A stretch of DNA of 64,000 nucleotides from an uncultured delta proteobacterium. GTDB lineage: Bacteria; Myxococcota_A; Polyangia; Polyangiales; Polyangiaceae. The stretch's first letter is position 1; each line of letters opens with the position of its first letter. The stretch lies in the NCBI GenBank assembly GCA_963841435.1, contig CAWJCS010000001.1, positions 192,001-256,000 of the forward strand. Reading direction: 5' to 3'. The notes beneath the pieces are model-generated. The model did no database searches and was not told where the DNA came from. It saw only the letters and a list, made by a program, of their open reading frames with translations. This document shows, piece by piece, positions 38,425 to 47,621 of this stretch. The position numbers and the translations under genes are program-made.

Positions 38425-38886
38425 TCAGCGGAAGTTCCCAATCGCGTTCTTCATCGTCTCGTGCCGGGCGCGGAGGATATTCGAGTACGCGGTGTACTGT
38501 CGGTTCTCGGCGCTGATGCGTTCCTGGAGCACGATGTAGTACATGTTCTTGTCGCTGTTCTGGTCGAGCATGCTCTCGACCTCGGGGCTCTGCGCGCCAC
38601 CGGGCGGGCTCGCGGTGGCGGGGTAGCCCTCGGGTGTCGTCGCGGGCGTGCCGCCGCCGAGCGCGCCGGCGCCGACGGCGGGCGTCGCGGTGGCGCGGAA
38701 GCCCGCCGCGAGAATCGGGCCGCCGGGCAGGCGCCGGACCACGGCCTCCGCGCTGCTCACGACCGCGCTCGCCCCCGCGCCGAGCACTGCCTGGAACGGG
38801 CGCGTGGGCTTTTCGGTCGTGCGGTTCGCGGTGGGGCCGGCCGCGATGAGCGGGCTCGGCCCCGTGACATCGATGCGAGTGGTCAT
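38425..38886 (-). CDS. Type III secretion needle/inner-rod-like small protein (putative)
   Basis: RBS GAAGGAG; C-terminus LQERISAENRQYTAYSNILRARHETMKNAIGNFR resembles the SctF/PrgI end. Confidence 0.6.
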   Translation of the reverse strand: MTTRIDVTGPSPLIAAGPTANRTTEKPTRPFQAVLGAGASAVVSSAEAVVRRLPGGPILAAGFRATATPAVGAGALGGGTPATTPEGYPATASPPGGAQSPEVESMLDQNSDKNMYYIVLQERISAENRQYTAYSNILRARHETMKNAIGNFR

Positions 38887-38979
38887 AGCGGGATCTCCTT
38901 CTCGGGGGGGGGGTCGGTCGCGCCCGATGCGAGTTGCGTGCGCCGCGGCCCGTGGAGGGTCGGATGGCGCGAACGGGCC

Positions 38980-39798
38980 TCAGAACTGACCGCTCACCGA
39001 GACCGCCCAGGGCCGCCTGTCGCCGGGGGGGATGAAGGTCACCTGGACGTTCTCGAGGTCCGACCGAATGAGCTCCTGCCGCGTGCTCGCGAGCCCTGCG
39101 ACCGTCACGAGCGCACCGGCGAGCTGACCGATGCCGTCCACCGCCAAGAAGGTGACGATCTGCACCTCCTTGACCGCGTTGCTCACGCATTTCTTCGCGA
39201 GCTCCACCGTGCTCGTCTTGCAGGTTTCGTAGGTGCGGCTGCCGATCGCACCCCAGGGGCCGACGACGGGCGCGGCGAGCCACGCCGTGCCGTTCTTGAA
39301 ACCCTCGACGGCGCCGAACGTGAGCGCACCCGCGTACGCGATGCCGAGACCCACCATCCCCGCGGTGACGAGGCCGCGTGCAGGTCGTTCGACGACCGTG
39401 TACCCGGGCGGCACGGGGAGCCCCTCGCGGTACGGCAGCACGGGCGCGCGCGGATCTCCGGGGATCGACGCTGCGGGCGCTTGTGGCGTGATGGGCGGCG
39501 GGGCCGCGGCGACGGGCGCGAGCGGCGGGGGTGCGGCGACGGGCGTCGGAGCGACCGCGGGGGCAGGCGCCTGTGGCTGTGCCGGCGCTTTCGGAGTCGT
39601 AGCGGGTGGGAGTGGCACGGCGCGGACGGGGGGTGACGGCGCGGGCCGTGCGGGCGCGGGCGCGGCCGCGGGGGCAGGCGCCGTTTGGCGGGGAGGCTCT
39701 TCCGGAAAGCTCGCCGTTGCTTGACCCAGGGCCGACGGCGCGACGGACGCGCAGCCGCCCGCGAGCCACCATCCCACCAGACGGTGATGCCTCCGCAT
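38980..39798 (-). CDS. Secreted/membrane Pro-rich hypothetical protein
   Basis: Signal-like N-terminus, Pro/Ala tract, PVPPGY motif, hydrophobic segments, terminal SVSGQF strand. Confidence 0.7.
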   Translation of the reverse strand: MRRHHRLVGWWLAGGCASVAPSALGQATASFPEEPPRQTAPAPAAAPAPARPAPSPPVRAVPLPPATTPKAPAQPQAPAPAVAPTPVAAPPPLAPVAAAPPPITPQAPAASIPGDPRAPVLPYREGLPVPPGYTVVERPARGLVTAGMVGLGIAYAGALTFGAVEGFKNGTAWLAAPVVGPWGAIGSRTYETCKTSTVELAKKCVSNAVKEVQIVTFLAVDGIGQLAGALVTVAGLASTRQELIRSDLENVQVTFIPPGDRRPWAVSVSGQF

Positions 39799-39854
39799 GA
39801 GCCTCGATCCTAGGACTCGATGGCCCGAAAGCCAAGGGGCGCCGGCTTTTGTGG

Positions 39855-40814
39855 CTACAGGCCGAACCAGGGCGCGGGGTCGACCGTGTCGCGTCCCACG
39901 CGGATCTCGAAGTAGAGCCGCGGGCCCTTGCCCGTGTCGCCCACGGTGCCGAGTCTCGCGCCCGCTGCGATTTCGTCACCGACCTCAACGTCAATCGCGT
40001 CGAGGTTGGCGCTCACCGTGTAGTGGCGGCGGCCGTGGTCCAAGATGATGGTCTTGCCGTAGTCGGCATAGGTGTCGGCGAAAGCGACGCGCCCCGCGGC
40101 GACGCTCCGCACGACCGTGCCGAGCGGTGCACGCAGCTCGAGGCCGGGGCCCTCCGAGCTTGCGCGACGCGCCGGCTGGACCTCGGTGCGACCGGCGAGG
40201 GGAAACGGCAGTCGACCGCGTAAGGCCGCGAAGCCGACCGCCGTGAGCGTCGGATCCGCGGGGCCGACGGCGCCGTAGACGGCGGTGTGGTTGTCGCTCT
40301 GAAACGCCTGAGCGAACGCCTGCTCGCGCTCTTCGGCGCTACGCAGCGCCTCGGCGGCGCGCGAGAGCACGGCGCGCTCGTCCTCGAGCGTCGCGGCGCG
40401 AGCTCGCACGGCGTCGAGCTTCTTGGCGATGGTGAGCCGCTCCGCGGCGAGGCGCTTGCCGAGCGCGAGGTCCTCTTCGAGCCCGTGGTGGAGACGTTCG
40501 AGGCGTGCGGCGTGCTCGAGCAGGGCGTCGAAGCCCGAGCCGACGGGCAAAAGGCCCACCCTGGCGAGCGCGACGTAGGCGCGCCCGCGCGCCGTCAGCC
40601 GAGCGTCGGCAAGCTGACTCTCCTTACCGATCTCGCGCAGACGCTTCTCGAGCCGCCGGCCCTCGTCGTCGGCCGAACGCTGCAGGCGCTCGACGTCGTT
40701 GGCCGTCGGGGGACGGCTCTCGCCGGGCTCGGCCGGCGCCGCGCGCGACGCCGTCTGCCCCGTGGCCGTGGCGAGCGCGAGGGCGCCGAGCACGAGAGCC
40801 CGTTTCGTCTTCAT
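39855..40814 (-). CDS. envC: EnvC-like murein hydrolase activator (coiled coil + M23 domain)
   Basis: Signal peptide, coiled coil, LPFPLAG..VAAGRVAFA..YGKTIILDHG..LYFEIR..DPAPW; Zn ligands look degenerate; follows ftsX. Confidence 0.8.
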   Translation of the reverse strand: MKTKRALVLGALALATATGQTASRAAPAEPGESRPPTANDVERLQRSADDEGRRLEKRLREIGKESQLADARLTARGRAYVALARVGLLPVGSGFDALLEHAARLERLHHGLEEDLALGKRLAAERLTIAKKLDAVRARAATLEDERAVLSRAAEALRSAEEREQAFAQAFQSDNHTAVYGAVGPADPTLTAVGFAALRGRLPFPLAGRTEVQPARRASSEGPGLELRAPLGTVVRSVAAGRVAFADTYADYGKTIILDHGRRHYTVSANLDAIDVEVGDEIAAGARLGTVGDTGKGPRLYFEIRVGRDTVDPAPWFGL

Positions 40815-41680
40815 GTGGCCACGAAGCGGCGCAGGCTCACGAAGGCGGCGACGGCACCGAGCAGCGCCCCCGCGGCGATCGTCCCGAGCACGAGCGACCA
40901 CGGCAAGAACGTCGGTGCGACGCCGAACAACGCGACGAGCTGCGCATCGACGTGGCTATCGACCACCAAGAACAGGATGCCGCAGAGCCCGAGCGCGAGC
41001 GTCGCGCCAATCGCGCCCTGGGCCGCGCCCTCGATGACGAACGGGTCGCGCACGTACGAGTCCGTGGCGCCGACGAGCTTCATGACCTCGACCTCGATGC
41101 GCCGGCGTTGCAAGGACAGGCGAATCGTCGAAGAAACGACGCTGATCACCGCGGCGAGCACGATGAGCGAGAGCAGCCCCGCGGCGGCGACGCCGCCGCC
41201 GAGCAGTGATTCGAGTCGCTCCGTCCAGCCACCGTAGGTCTCGACGCTCGCCACGGCGGGTAGCGCGCCGAGCTGGGCCGCGATCTGCGACAGCCGTTCG
41301 GAGCTCACGTCCTTCTTCACGGCGACCTCGAGCGACGCTGGGAAGGCGTCGGCGGGCAGCGCGTCGAGCACGGGATCCTTGCCGGCCTGGGCCACCTCGC
41401 GCCGCGCGTCCTCCGGCGTGACGTGTCGCACCGAGACGACCCCGTCGGAGGCGCGGAGCGCGCGCTCGATGCGAGCAATCTGCTCGGCGCTCGCTTCGCG
41501 CGTGAGATAGACCGACGCGCGGCCGAGGCTTGCCCAGCGCGCGCGCAGATGGTCGACGTTCACGACGGCGAGCAGCGTCGCCGACAGGCAGACGAACGCG
41601 ACGGCGACGGAGAAGATGCCGAGCGCGTGCAGCCGCAGATCGTTCTTAGCGCCGCGGAGGGCTCGCTGAATGGGTCTCAT
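40811..41680 (-). CDS. ftsX: Cell division permease FtsX
   Basis: SSTIRLSLQRRRIEVEVMKLVGATDSYVRDPFVIEG. Confidence 0.92.
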   Translation of the reverse strand: MRPIQRALRGAKNDLRLHALGIFSVAVAFVCLSATLLAVVNVDHLRARWASLGRASVYLTREASAEQIARIERALRASDGVVSVRHVTPEDARREVAQAGKDPVLDALPADAFPASLEVAVKKDVSSERLSQIAAQLGALPAVASVETYGGWTERLESLLGGGVAAAGLLSLIVLAAVISVVSSTIRLSLQRRRIEVEVMKLVGATDSYVRDPFVIEGAAQGAIGATLALGLCGILFLVVDSHVDAQLVALFGVAPTFLPWSLVLGTIAAGALLGAVAAFVSLRRFVAT

Positions 41681-42492
41681 GCCGCCGCGCCCCGCTTGTC
41701 GGACCCCGACGAGTCGAGCTCGGACAGGCCGGCCTCGCCGTCGAGCCCCTCTGGGGCGTCGTAGGCGCGACCTTCGTCGAGCACCACGACGCGGCGCGGG
41801 CGGACGTCGAGCAGGCTGCGGTCGTGGGTGGCGAACAGCACCGTCACGCCGGTGTCGTTGATGTCCTCGATGAGACCGAGGATGTCGAGGGCAAGCTGGG
41901 GGTCGAGATTGCCGGTCGGTTCGTCGGCGAGCAGGAGCGCGGGCTCGCTGACGATGGCGCGCGCGATGGCGACGCGCTGTTGCTCGCCCCCCGAGAGGTA
42001 GCCGGCGGGCTCGGCGCCGCGCCCTGCGAGACCGACGCGCTCGAGGGCGGCACCGACACGCTGGCGGATGGTGCGAGACGGCAGCCCCAGGACCTCGAGC
42101 GGCAGCGCGACGTTGTCGAGCACCGACCAGTTTTTCACCAGACGAAAGTCCTGGAACACGATGCCGATGTTGCGGCGCAAAAACGGGATCGAGCTCGGTG
42201 TGAGCCGGCCGATCTCCCGGCCAAGGAACAAGATGCGTCCCGAGTCCACCCACTCCTCGGCGAACAGGAGGCGAAGCAGCGTGCTCTTGCCGGCCCCCGA
42301 AGGCCCGGTGATGAACACGAACTCGCCCCGCCCGATCTCGAGCGAGAGGCCACGCAGCACGGGCGCATCCGCGCGGTAGGCCTTGTGGACCCCTTCGAAG
42401 ACCAGCACCGGCCGCCCCTGTGCCAGGGGGTCGAAGCGGGCTCCGGGCCTCAACGCCGGCCTGAAGGCGCGTCGCGCGCCGCTCGCATCCAT
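41677..42492 (-). CDS. ftsE: Cell division ATP-binding protein FtsE
   Basis: [44 protein letters not shown]. Start uncertain. Confidence 0.92.
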   Translation of the reverse strand: MDASGARRAFRPALRPGARFDPLAQGRPVLVFEGVHKAYRADAPVLRGLSLEIGRGEFVFITGPSGAGKSTLLRLLFAEEWVDSGRILFLGREIGRLTPSSIPFLRRNIGIVFQDFRLVKNWSVLDNVALPLEVLGLPSRTIRQRVGAALERVGLAGRGAEPAGYLSGGEQQRVAIARAIVSEPALLLADEPTGNLDPQLALDILGLIEDINDTGVTVLFATHDRSLLDVRPRRVVVLDEGRAYDAPEGLDGEAGLSELDSSGSDKRGAAA

Positions 42493-42551
42493 ACGGAAGC
42501 GAGTACCAAAGGCACCCATTTCGACCAAGTTTTCGGGGCCCGGGAGGGCGA

Positions 42552-42962
42552 CTAGGGCGCCCAGGGATCGACGATCGCGGGGTCGGTTCGGGCGGCAATG
42601 GGCCCCGGCGCCCAGGGATCGACGATGTCCGTCACTACGGTTGCCCAGCTGTCGCTCGAGACGGGAGCGCGAGCCGCCAGAGGCGCAGGCGGCCGCTCGG
42701 ACACGGCGAGGCGGGCCGGGCTCGTCCAGCGGTGGACGACGGGCAGCGGGCGCGCGGCTTTCCACGGGTCGAGGACGGGGCGCGCCGCAGGGCTCTCGCC
42801 GGTCTGCCGCGCCCAGGCGCGCTCATCGGCTCTCGGAGCCACGCCTTGGGCGACGGCCTCCACGGGGAGCTGCGCCGTGTCGGCGCTCTGATCGCCCCAG
42901 GGATCCACGATGAGCGCGGACTGTCCGAGCGCTACCCCGCCGATGCTGAGGGCACCGATCAC
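42552..42962 (-). CDS. Small secreted protein with repeated (I/V)(V/L)DPW motifs
   Basis: Hydrophobic N-terminus; IVDPW x3 and VLDPW x1. True start unclear. Confidence 0.55.
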   Translation of the reverse strand: MIGALSIGGVALGQSALIVDPWGDQSADTAQLPVEAVAQGVAPRADERAWARQTGESPAARPVLDPWKAARPLPVVHRWTSPARLAVSERPPAPLAARAPVSSDSWATVVTDIVDPWAPGPIAARTDPAIVDPWAP

Positions 42963-43165
42963 GAGTAGCAGCGACGAGGTAAAGGACAGACTCGAATCAT
43001 GACGCGCCGCTCGGCCCCCTTCAAGTCTCGCCCGCCTTCACGAACGATTTCGTGGATCACCCGCTGGCGGGGCGCGGCGGTGCGCAGCCCGGACGGAACG
43101 ACCGAAGCCGGACGGACGTCCGCGTGACGCCGGCGCTCACCACGAAGGAAGCCCCTCGGCGCACG

Positions 43166-43181
43166 TGGCACGAGAGCTGCA
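43166..43181 (+). promoter_or_regulatory. Sigma-54 promoter (-24/-12)
   Basis: TGGCACGAGAGCTGCA has GG-N10-GC spacing; followed by RBS AAAGGAG and ATG 43208. Confidence 0.75.
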
Positions 43182-43207
43182 GCGCACCGTCTCCGAAAGG
43201 AGACAGC

Positions 43208-43471
43208 ATGAGAAAGCAAACTTGGATGGCACCCGTCATCGTGTTCGGCGTCACGTCGTTCGCTGGTGCCGCGCTCGCGGACCCGGCGGCACCGACGCAA
43301 ACGTCGCCAGGCACCGATGCGGGACGCCACATCGCGGCGGCCTGCACGGAGATCGGCACGGCCTTCACGCCCAAGGGTGCGAAGGCGGGCCTCGCCAAGG
43401 CCGCGCAGCGCATCCGGCGCGGTTACCACGACTTCATGGCCGTGGCGCACGCTCCCACGCCGATGCGTTGA
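43208..43471 (+). CDS. Small secreted protein
   Basis: Strong RBS; signal peptide ending AALA-DP; sigma-54 promoter upstream. Confidence 0.7.
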   Translation: MRKQTWMAPVIVFGVTSFAGAALADPAAPTQTSPGTDAGRHIAAACTEIGTAFTPKGAKAGLAKAAQRIRRGYHDFMAVAHAPTPMR

Positions 43472-43558
43472 GCGTTTCGGGGCGGCACGGCCGGGCGACG
43501 AGCGTTCGGTCGTGCCGCCCCCGCGGCCATCGCTGCGGCGTGATACGCTCGCCGCCCG

Positions 43559-45391
43559 GTGACGACAGGCTCGCGCCGCCGCGCTCTCGCGTGCACGCTC
43601 CTCGCGCTGTCGGCCGCGGGCTGCGCCGAGCACCCCGCCACTCGTTCGGCGAGCACGGTGCCGGCGCGAGCCCACGTCGCGAGCAACGTCGAGCGCACCG
43701 ACTACGCCGGCTCGGCACGCTGTGCTCCCTGCCACGCCGAGGAAACGGAGGCGTGGCGTGCGTCTCCCATGCACCGCATGACGCGCGAGCTCGGCACCAC
43801 GAGCGTTCGGGCGCCGTTCGACGGGGAGGTGCACGCGTTCAAGGGCGACACGGCGATGCTCGAGGAGCGCGACGGCGCCCGCTTCATGCGTCTCGTCGCG
43901 GGCGGCGAACCCGAGCGGCTGTTCCGGGTCACCAAGGTGATCGGCGGCCGGCACCGCGAGGACTTCGCCGGCGTCGAGGTGCGCCCCGACGCGCCGCTCG
44001 GCGCGCCCCTCGACGAGGAGCGCGTGCTGCCCCTGTCTTACCTCGTCTTCTCGGGCGAGTTTCGCTACAAGGGTTACTCGGTGATGGTCGGGGAGCGAGC
44101 GGGGCTCGAGCCAGGCCTCGTGTGGAAGCAGACCTGCATCTTCTGCCACAACACCGTGCCCATGCTCGCGACGCTCTACGACGAGCTTCACGGCCCTGGG
44201 CCACACGCCCCGAGCTATCAGGGCTCGGCGAGCACCGAGCTCCCGCCCGACAAGGCGTTTCGCTACCGGGTCACGGACGACGCCGCGCTCTTCGGTGCGC
44301 TCGGTCGCGAGCTCGGTGCGCTCGGCGTCCAGGGGCGCCTGCCGAGCGACGCTGCCGCGGCGCTCGAGGTAGCGTCCGACGTGACGCGCGAGCGTTTCGG
44401 CGAGGAGCACCTCGTCGAGCTCGGGATCGGGTGCGAGGCGTGTCACGGCGGAGCCCGCGAGCACGCCGATCACCCGGGTGCCGCCGTGCCGACCTTCGAG
44501 CTCGTGAGCGACGCGTTCGACGTTGAGAGCCCGAGCGGCGCCGTGCCGACGCACGCCGAGGACGTGAATCGCACGTGTGAGAAGTGCCACACGGTGCTGT
44601 TTTCCCGCTACCCGTACACGTGGGAGGGACGCACGCGCAAAAGCCACCCCGGTGGCAGCACGACGAACTCGGGTGAAGCTCGCGATTTTCTGCTCGGCGG
44701 CTGCTCGAAGGCGCTCGCCTGCACGAGCTGCCACGATCCGCACACCGAGGACAAAAAGGCCGATCTCGATGCGCTCGCGGGGCCGCGCGGCGACCGCCTC
44801 TGTACGAGCTGCCACGAGACGTACCGCGGGCCCGACGCCATGGCCGCTCACTCGCATCACCCCGCGGGGCGTTCGGGGCCGTCTTGCATCGACTGCCACA
44901 TGCCCAAAAAGAACATGGGCCTCGAGTACGGCCTCGTGCGTTACCACCGCATCGGCTCGCCCACGGACGAGGAGCGCGTGACGGGCGATCGTCCGCTCGA
45001 GTGCGCGCTCTGTCACGCCGACCGCTCGGTCGACCAGATCGTCACGACGATGGAGCGGTTCTGGAAAAAGAAGTACGATCGCCGCGCGCTCCGCCGTCTG
45101 TACGGCGACGATTTGCGCGTCAAGCCCCTCGACGTGACCCTGCTCGGCGGGCGGCCTCACGAGCGCGCCGTGGCGGCAGCCGCCGCGGCAGCGCACGGCC
45201 GGGTGGATCTCTTGCCGCGCATCGTCGCCGTTCTCGACGACGACTACCCGCTCGTCCGCTACTACGCGCGGGCCGCCGCGGAGCAGCTGCTCGGCGAACG
45301 CCTGCCGCTCGACATGTCGGCGAGCGGAGCCGAGACGCGCGCCGCGGCCGAGCGCTTTCTCGCGGAACGACGCCCGTCGGCATCGCGCTGA
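43559..45391 (+). CDS. Multiheme c-type cytochrome lipoprotein (8 CxxCH) with HEAT-like tail
   Basis: Lipobox SAAGC; CAPCH, CIFCH, CEACH, CEKCH, CTSCH, CTSCH, CIDCH, CALCH. Confidence 0.88.
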   Translation: MTTGSRRRALACTLLALSAAGCAEHPATRSASTVPARAHVASNVERTDYAGSARCAPCHAEETEAWRASPMHRMTRELGTTSVRAPFDGEVHAFKGDTAMLEERDGARFMRLVAGGEPERLFRVTKVIGGRHREDFAGVEVRPDAPLGAPLDEERVLPLSYLVFSGEFRYKGYSVMVGERAGLEPGLVWKQTCIFCHNTVPMLATLYDELHGPGPHAPSYQGSASTELPPDKAFRYRVTDDAALFGALGRELGALGVQGRLPSDAAAALEVASDVTRERFGEEHLVELGIGCEACHGGAREHADHPGAAVPTFELVSDAFDVESPSGAVPTHAEDVNRTCEKCHTVLFSRYPYTWEGRTRKSHPGGSTTNSGEARDFLLGGCSKALACTSCHDPHTEDKKADLDALAGPRGDRLCTSCHETYRGPDAMAAHSHHPAGRSGPSCIDCHMPKKNMGLEYGLVRYHRIGSPTDEERVTGDRPLECALCHADRSVDQIVTTMERFWKKKYDRRALRRLYGDDLRVKPLDVTLLGGRPHERAVAAAAAAAHGRVDLLPRIVAVLDDDYPLVRYYARAAAEQLLGERLPLDMSASGAETRAAAERFLAERRPSASR

Positions 45392-45608
45392 GTCTGACGC
45401 ACCGAGCGCTCTGATTCAGAAGCAGGCGTCGATCGCCGCAGAGCGCGGCGGCCCCGCGTCGGGTCCGGTGACGGGGTGGGTGGCGCTGGGTCTCGATTTG
45501 CCTCGCGTGCCCTTGGCAAATCGTGAAAGGATCATTTGGATGCGCTCGGTGCTCGTGCTCCTCGTCGCCGCCACGGGCGACGGCGTGTGGACGAAGGCTG
45601 GCTGAGTC

Positions 45609-46556
45609 GTGGCGACGCCGCTTCGTCTGGCTTTCTTCGGCCTGCCGCTCGCGCCGTACCTCTTGTCTCTCGATGGTCATGACGTGCGACTCGCCGTGCT
45701 CTCCCCCGTTTCCGCTCCCGGGCGCCGGCGTCTGCGGCGCGTGATCGGTGAGGAGCGGGTGCTCGACGCGCTGTCGTACCGACCGTTCGAGAACGCCGTC
45801 GAGCGGGCGCTAGCCCAGGATCCGCCCGATCTCATCGTGAGCTGGTTCTGGACACGACGGCTCCCCGCCGCGTGGCTCTCGCGCGCGCGGCACGGCGCCA
45901 TCGGTGCCCATCCGTCACTGCTCCCGAGGCACCGCGGACCGAATCCGTATTTCTGGGCGATCGATGCTGGCGATACCGAGACGGGTGTGACCATTCACTG
46001 CCTGACCGAGCGCTACGACGACGGCGAGATCCTGGAACAACGCCTCCTGCCGATCGGCGAGCGCGACTCCTGGCAGCTCGCGCGCGCGCTCGACCGTCCC
46101 TCGCTCCGGCTGCTTCGCGACGTCGTGACGGAGTTCGCCGCCGGCCGGGCGCCGCCGGGGCGGGCACAGGACGACGCCCTTGCGACCTGGGCACCCGAGC
46201 CCGAGGGCGACGCGCTGCATCTCGACTTCGCGTGGCCTACCGAGCGCGTGCTCCGCCGCATTCGCGCGTTGTGTCCCACGCCCGGCGCCTTCATCGACGT
46301 GGAGGGCCTTCGGCTCGTGCTCTTCAGGGCTGCGCCGACGCTCGACTTCCCGCGGGCGCTCGAGCCGGGCGAGGCGGCGGTCACGGGGGAGGAGCCGCGC
46401 CTCGTGGTGCGCACGGCCACGGGCGCCCTGGCCGTGGAAGCCGCGGCGCTCGATACCGGCTCCGAAACCGGGGAGGTCCTCGACGGCGCGGCGGTGGCCC
46501 GAGCCGCACGAAACCACCTCGCCGCACGGCAGGCCGCGAAGGATCCGGGGTGGTGA
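45609..46556 (+). CDS. Methionyl-tRNA formyltransferase-family protein
   Basis: LRLAFFG, HPSLLPRHRGPNP, ETGVTIH, YDDGEIL, RIRALCPTPGA. Confidence 0.85.
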   Translation: MATPLRLAFFGLPLAPYLLSLDGHDVRLAVLSPVSAPGRRRLRRVIGEERVLDALSYRPFENAVERALAQDPPDLIVSWFWTRRLPAAWLSRARHGAIGAHPSLLPRHRGPNPYFWAIDAGDTETGVTIHCLTERYDDGEILEQRLLPIGERDSWQLARALDRPSLRLLRDVVTEFAAGRAPPGRAQDDALATWAPEPEGDALHLDFAWPTERVLRRIRALCPTPGAFIDVEGLRLVLFRAAPTLDFPRALEPGEAAVTGEEPRLVVRTATGALAVEAAALDTGSETGEVLDGAAVARAARNHLAARQAAKDPGW

Positions 46557-46616
46557 CGAGCGAGCCCCGACGGGTGTTAGACTGGTCGCCTACCAGCTTC
46601 GAAGGGACAGGAATCG

Positions 46617-47600
46617 ATGGACCAAGTCACCTTGGCGCGGACAGCGCGGGAAAGCCTGGCGAGGGGGTTGGGCGCCTTGCAGACTCCCGGGGTGCCGCCC
46701 GAGCTTCTCAGGGCGGCGGAGCCGCTTGCGAACGCGATGAGCGCCTTGCATCGCGTCGAGCAATCGCGCGGGGCCGCGAGCCCGGAGGCGGCGCCGTCCG
46801 CGCTCGCGGCGCTCCGCCAAGCGCTCGCCCAGCTTCAGAGCACCCAGATGAGGCACCCCGCCGTCGATCAGGCAACCGCCGCGATCGCGAGCGCCCTCGG
46901 TCAGGTGCACCAGCTCACGGCGCTCGTGGGGCAGGCCTCCGTCGCTCCGTCGCCGCCCACCAAGCCCTCGAGCCAGTACGACTACCAGGCGCATCACCCG
47001 CCGCAGGTCGCGGTCGTCGGGCAACCGGGGGGGCAAGCGCCGCCACCCCAGCCGGCGAGCGCCGTGGCGGCAACGCAGCTGGCGCCCCAGTGGGGACAGC
47101 CCGCTGCACCCCCGCCGCAGCAGGCGTGGCAACAGCCGCCGCCGGCCGCGCCGCAGCAGGCGTGGCAACAGCCGCCGCCGGCCGCGCCGCAGCAGGTGTG
47201 GCAACAGCCGCCGCCGGCCGCGCCGCAGCAGGCGTGGCAACAGCCGCCGCCGGCCGCGCCCGGCGGCGCCGTGCGCGTCGAAGCCGCGCTCGGTGCCCAT
47301 AGCACCACGAACTTTTACAAGGGACTGAGCGGCAACAACGTCATCGATTCGGGGGGCATTTTCATCGCCACGTACACGATTCCCGATGTGGGCCAACAGC
47401 TCGTGATCAAGGTGAGCATGCCCGGTGGCTACGAGTTCGAGGCCATGGGCGTCGTTCGCTGGACGCGCGACGCGCCCATGTCCGGCACGGATTCTCCGCC
47501 CGGCTTCGGTGCGCAGTTCACGCAGATCTCGCCCGAGGGCCGCCAGCTCGTCTATCGCTACGTCAGAAATCGCGAGCCGTTGTTCCACGACGACCTCTGA
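46617..47600 (+). CDS. Helical N-terminus + Gln/Pro repeats + TIGR02266-like PilZ domain
   Basis: C-terminal NFYKG..GGIFIAT..GVVRWTR..PGFGAQF..YVRNREPLFHDD. Confidence 0.8.
   Translation: MDQVTLARTARESLARGLGALQTPGVPPELLRAAEPLANAMSALHRVEQSRGAASPEAAPSALAALRQALAQLQSTQMRHPAVDQATAAIASALGQVHQLTALVGQASVAPSPPTKPSSQYDYQAHHPPQVAVVGQPGGQAPPPQPASAVAATQLAPQWGQPAAPPPQQAWQQPPPAAPQQAWQQPPPAAPQQVWQQPPPAAPQQAWQQPPPAAPGGAVRVEAALGAHSTTNFYKGLSGNNVIDSGGIFIATYTIPDVGQQLVIKVSMPGGYEFEAMGVVRWTRDAPMSGTDSPPGFGAQFTQISPEGRQLVYRYVRNREPLFHDDL
47115..47258 (+). repeat. Coding tandem repeat, 36 bp x4 (PQQAWQQPPPAA)
   Basis: Read directly; one substitution in the third copy (A to V). Confidence 0.95.
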
Positions 47601-47621
47601 GCGCGGCGCGCGTTCGATCCG

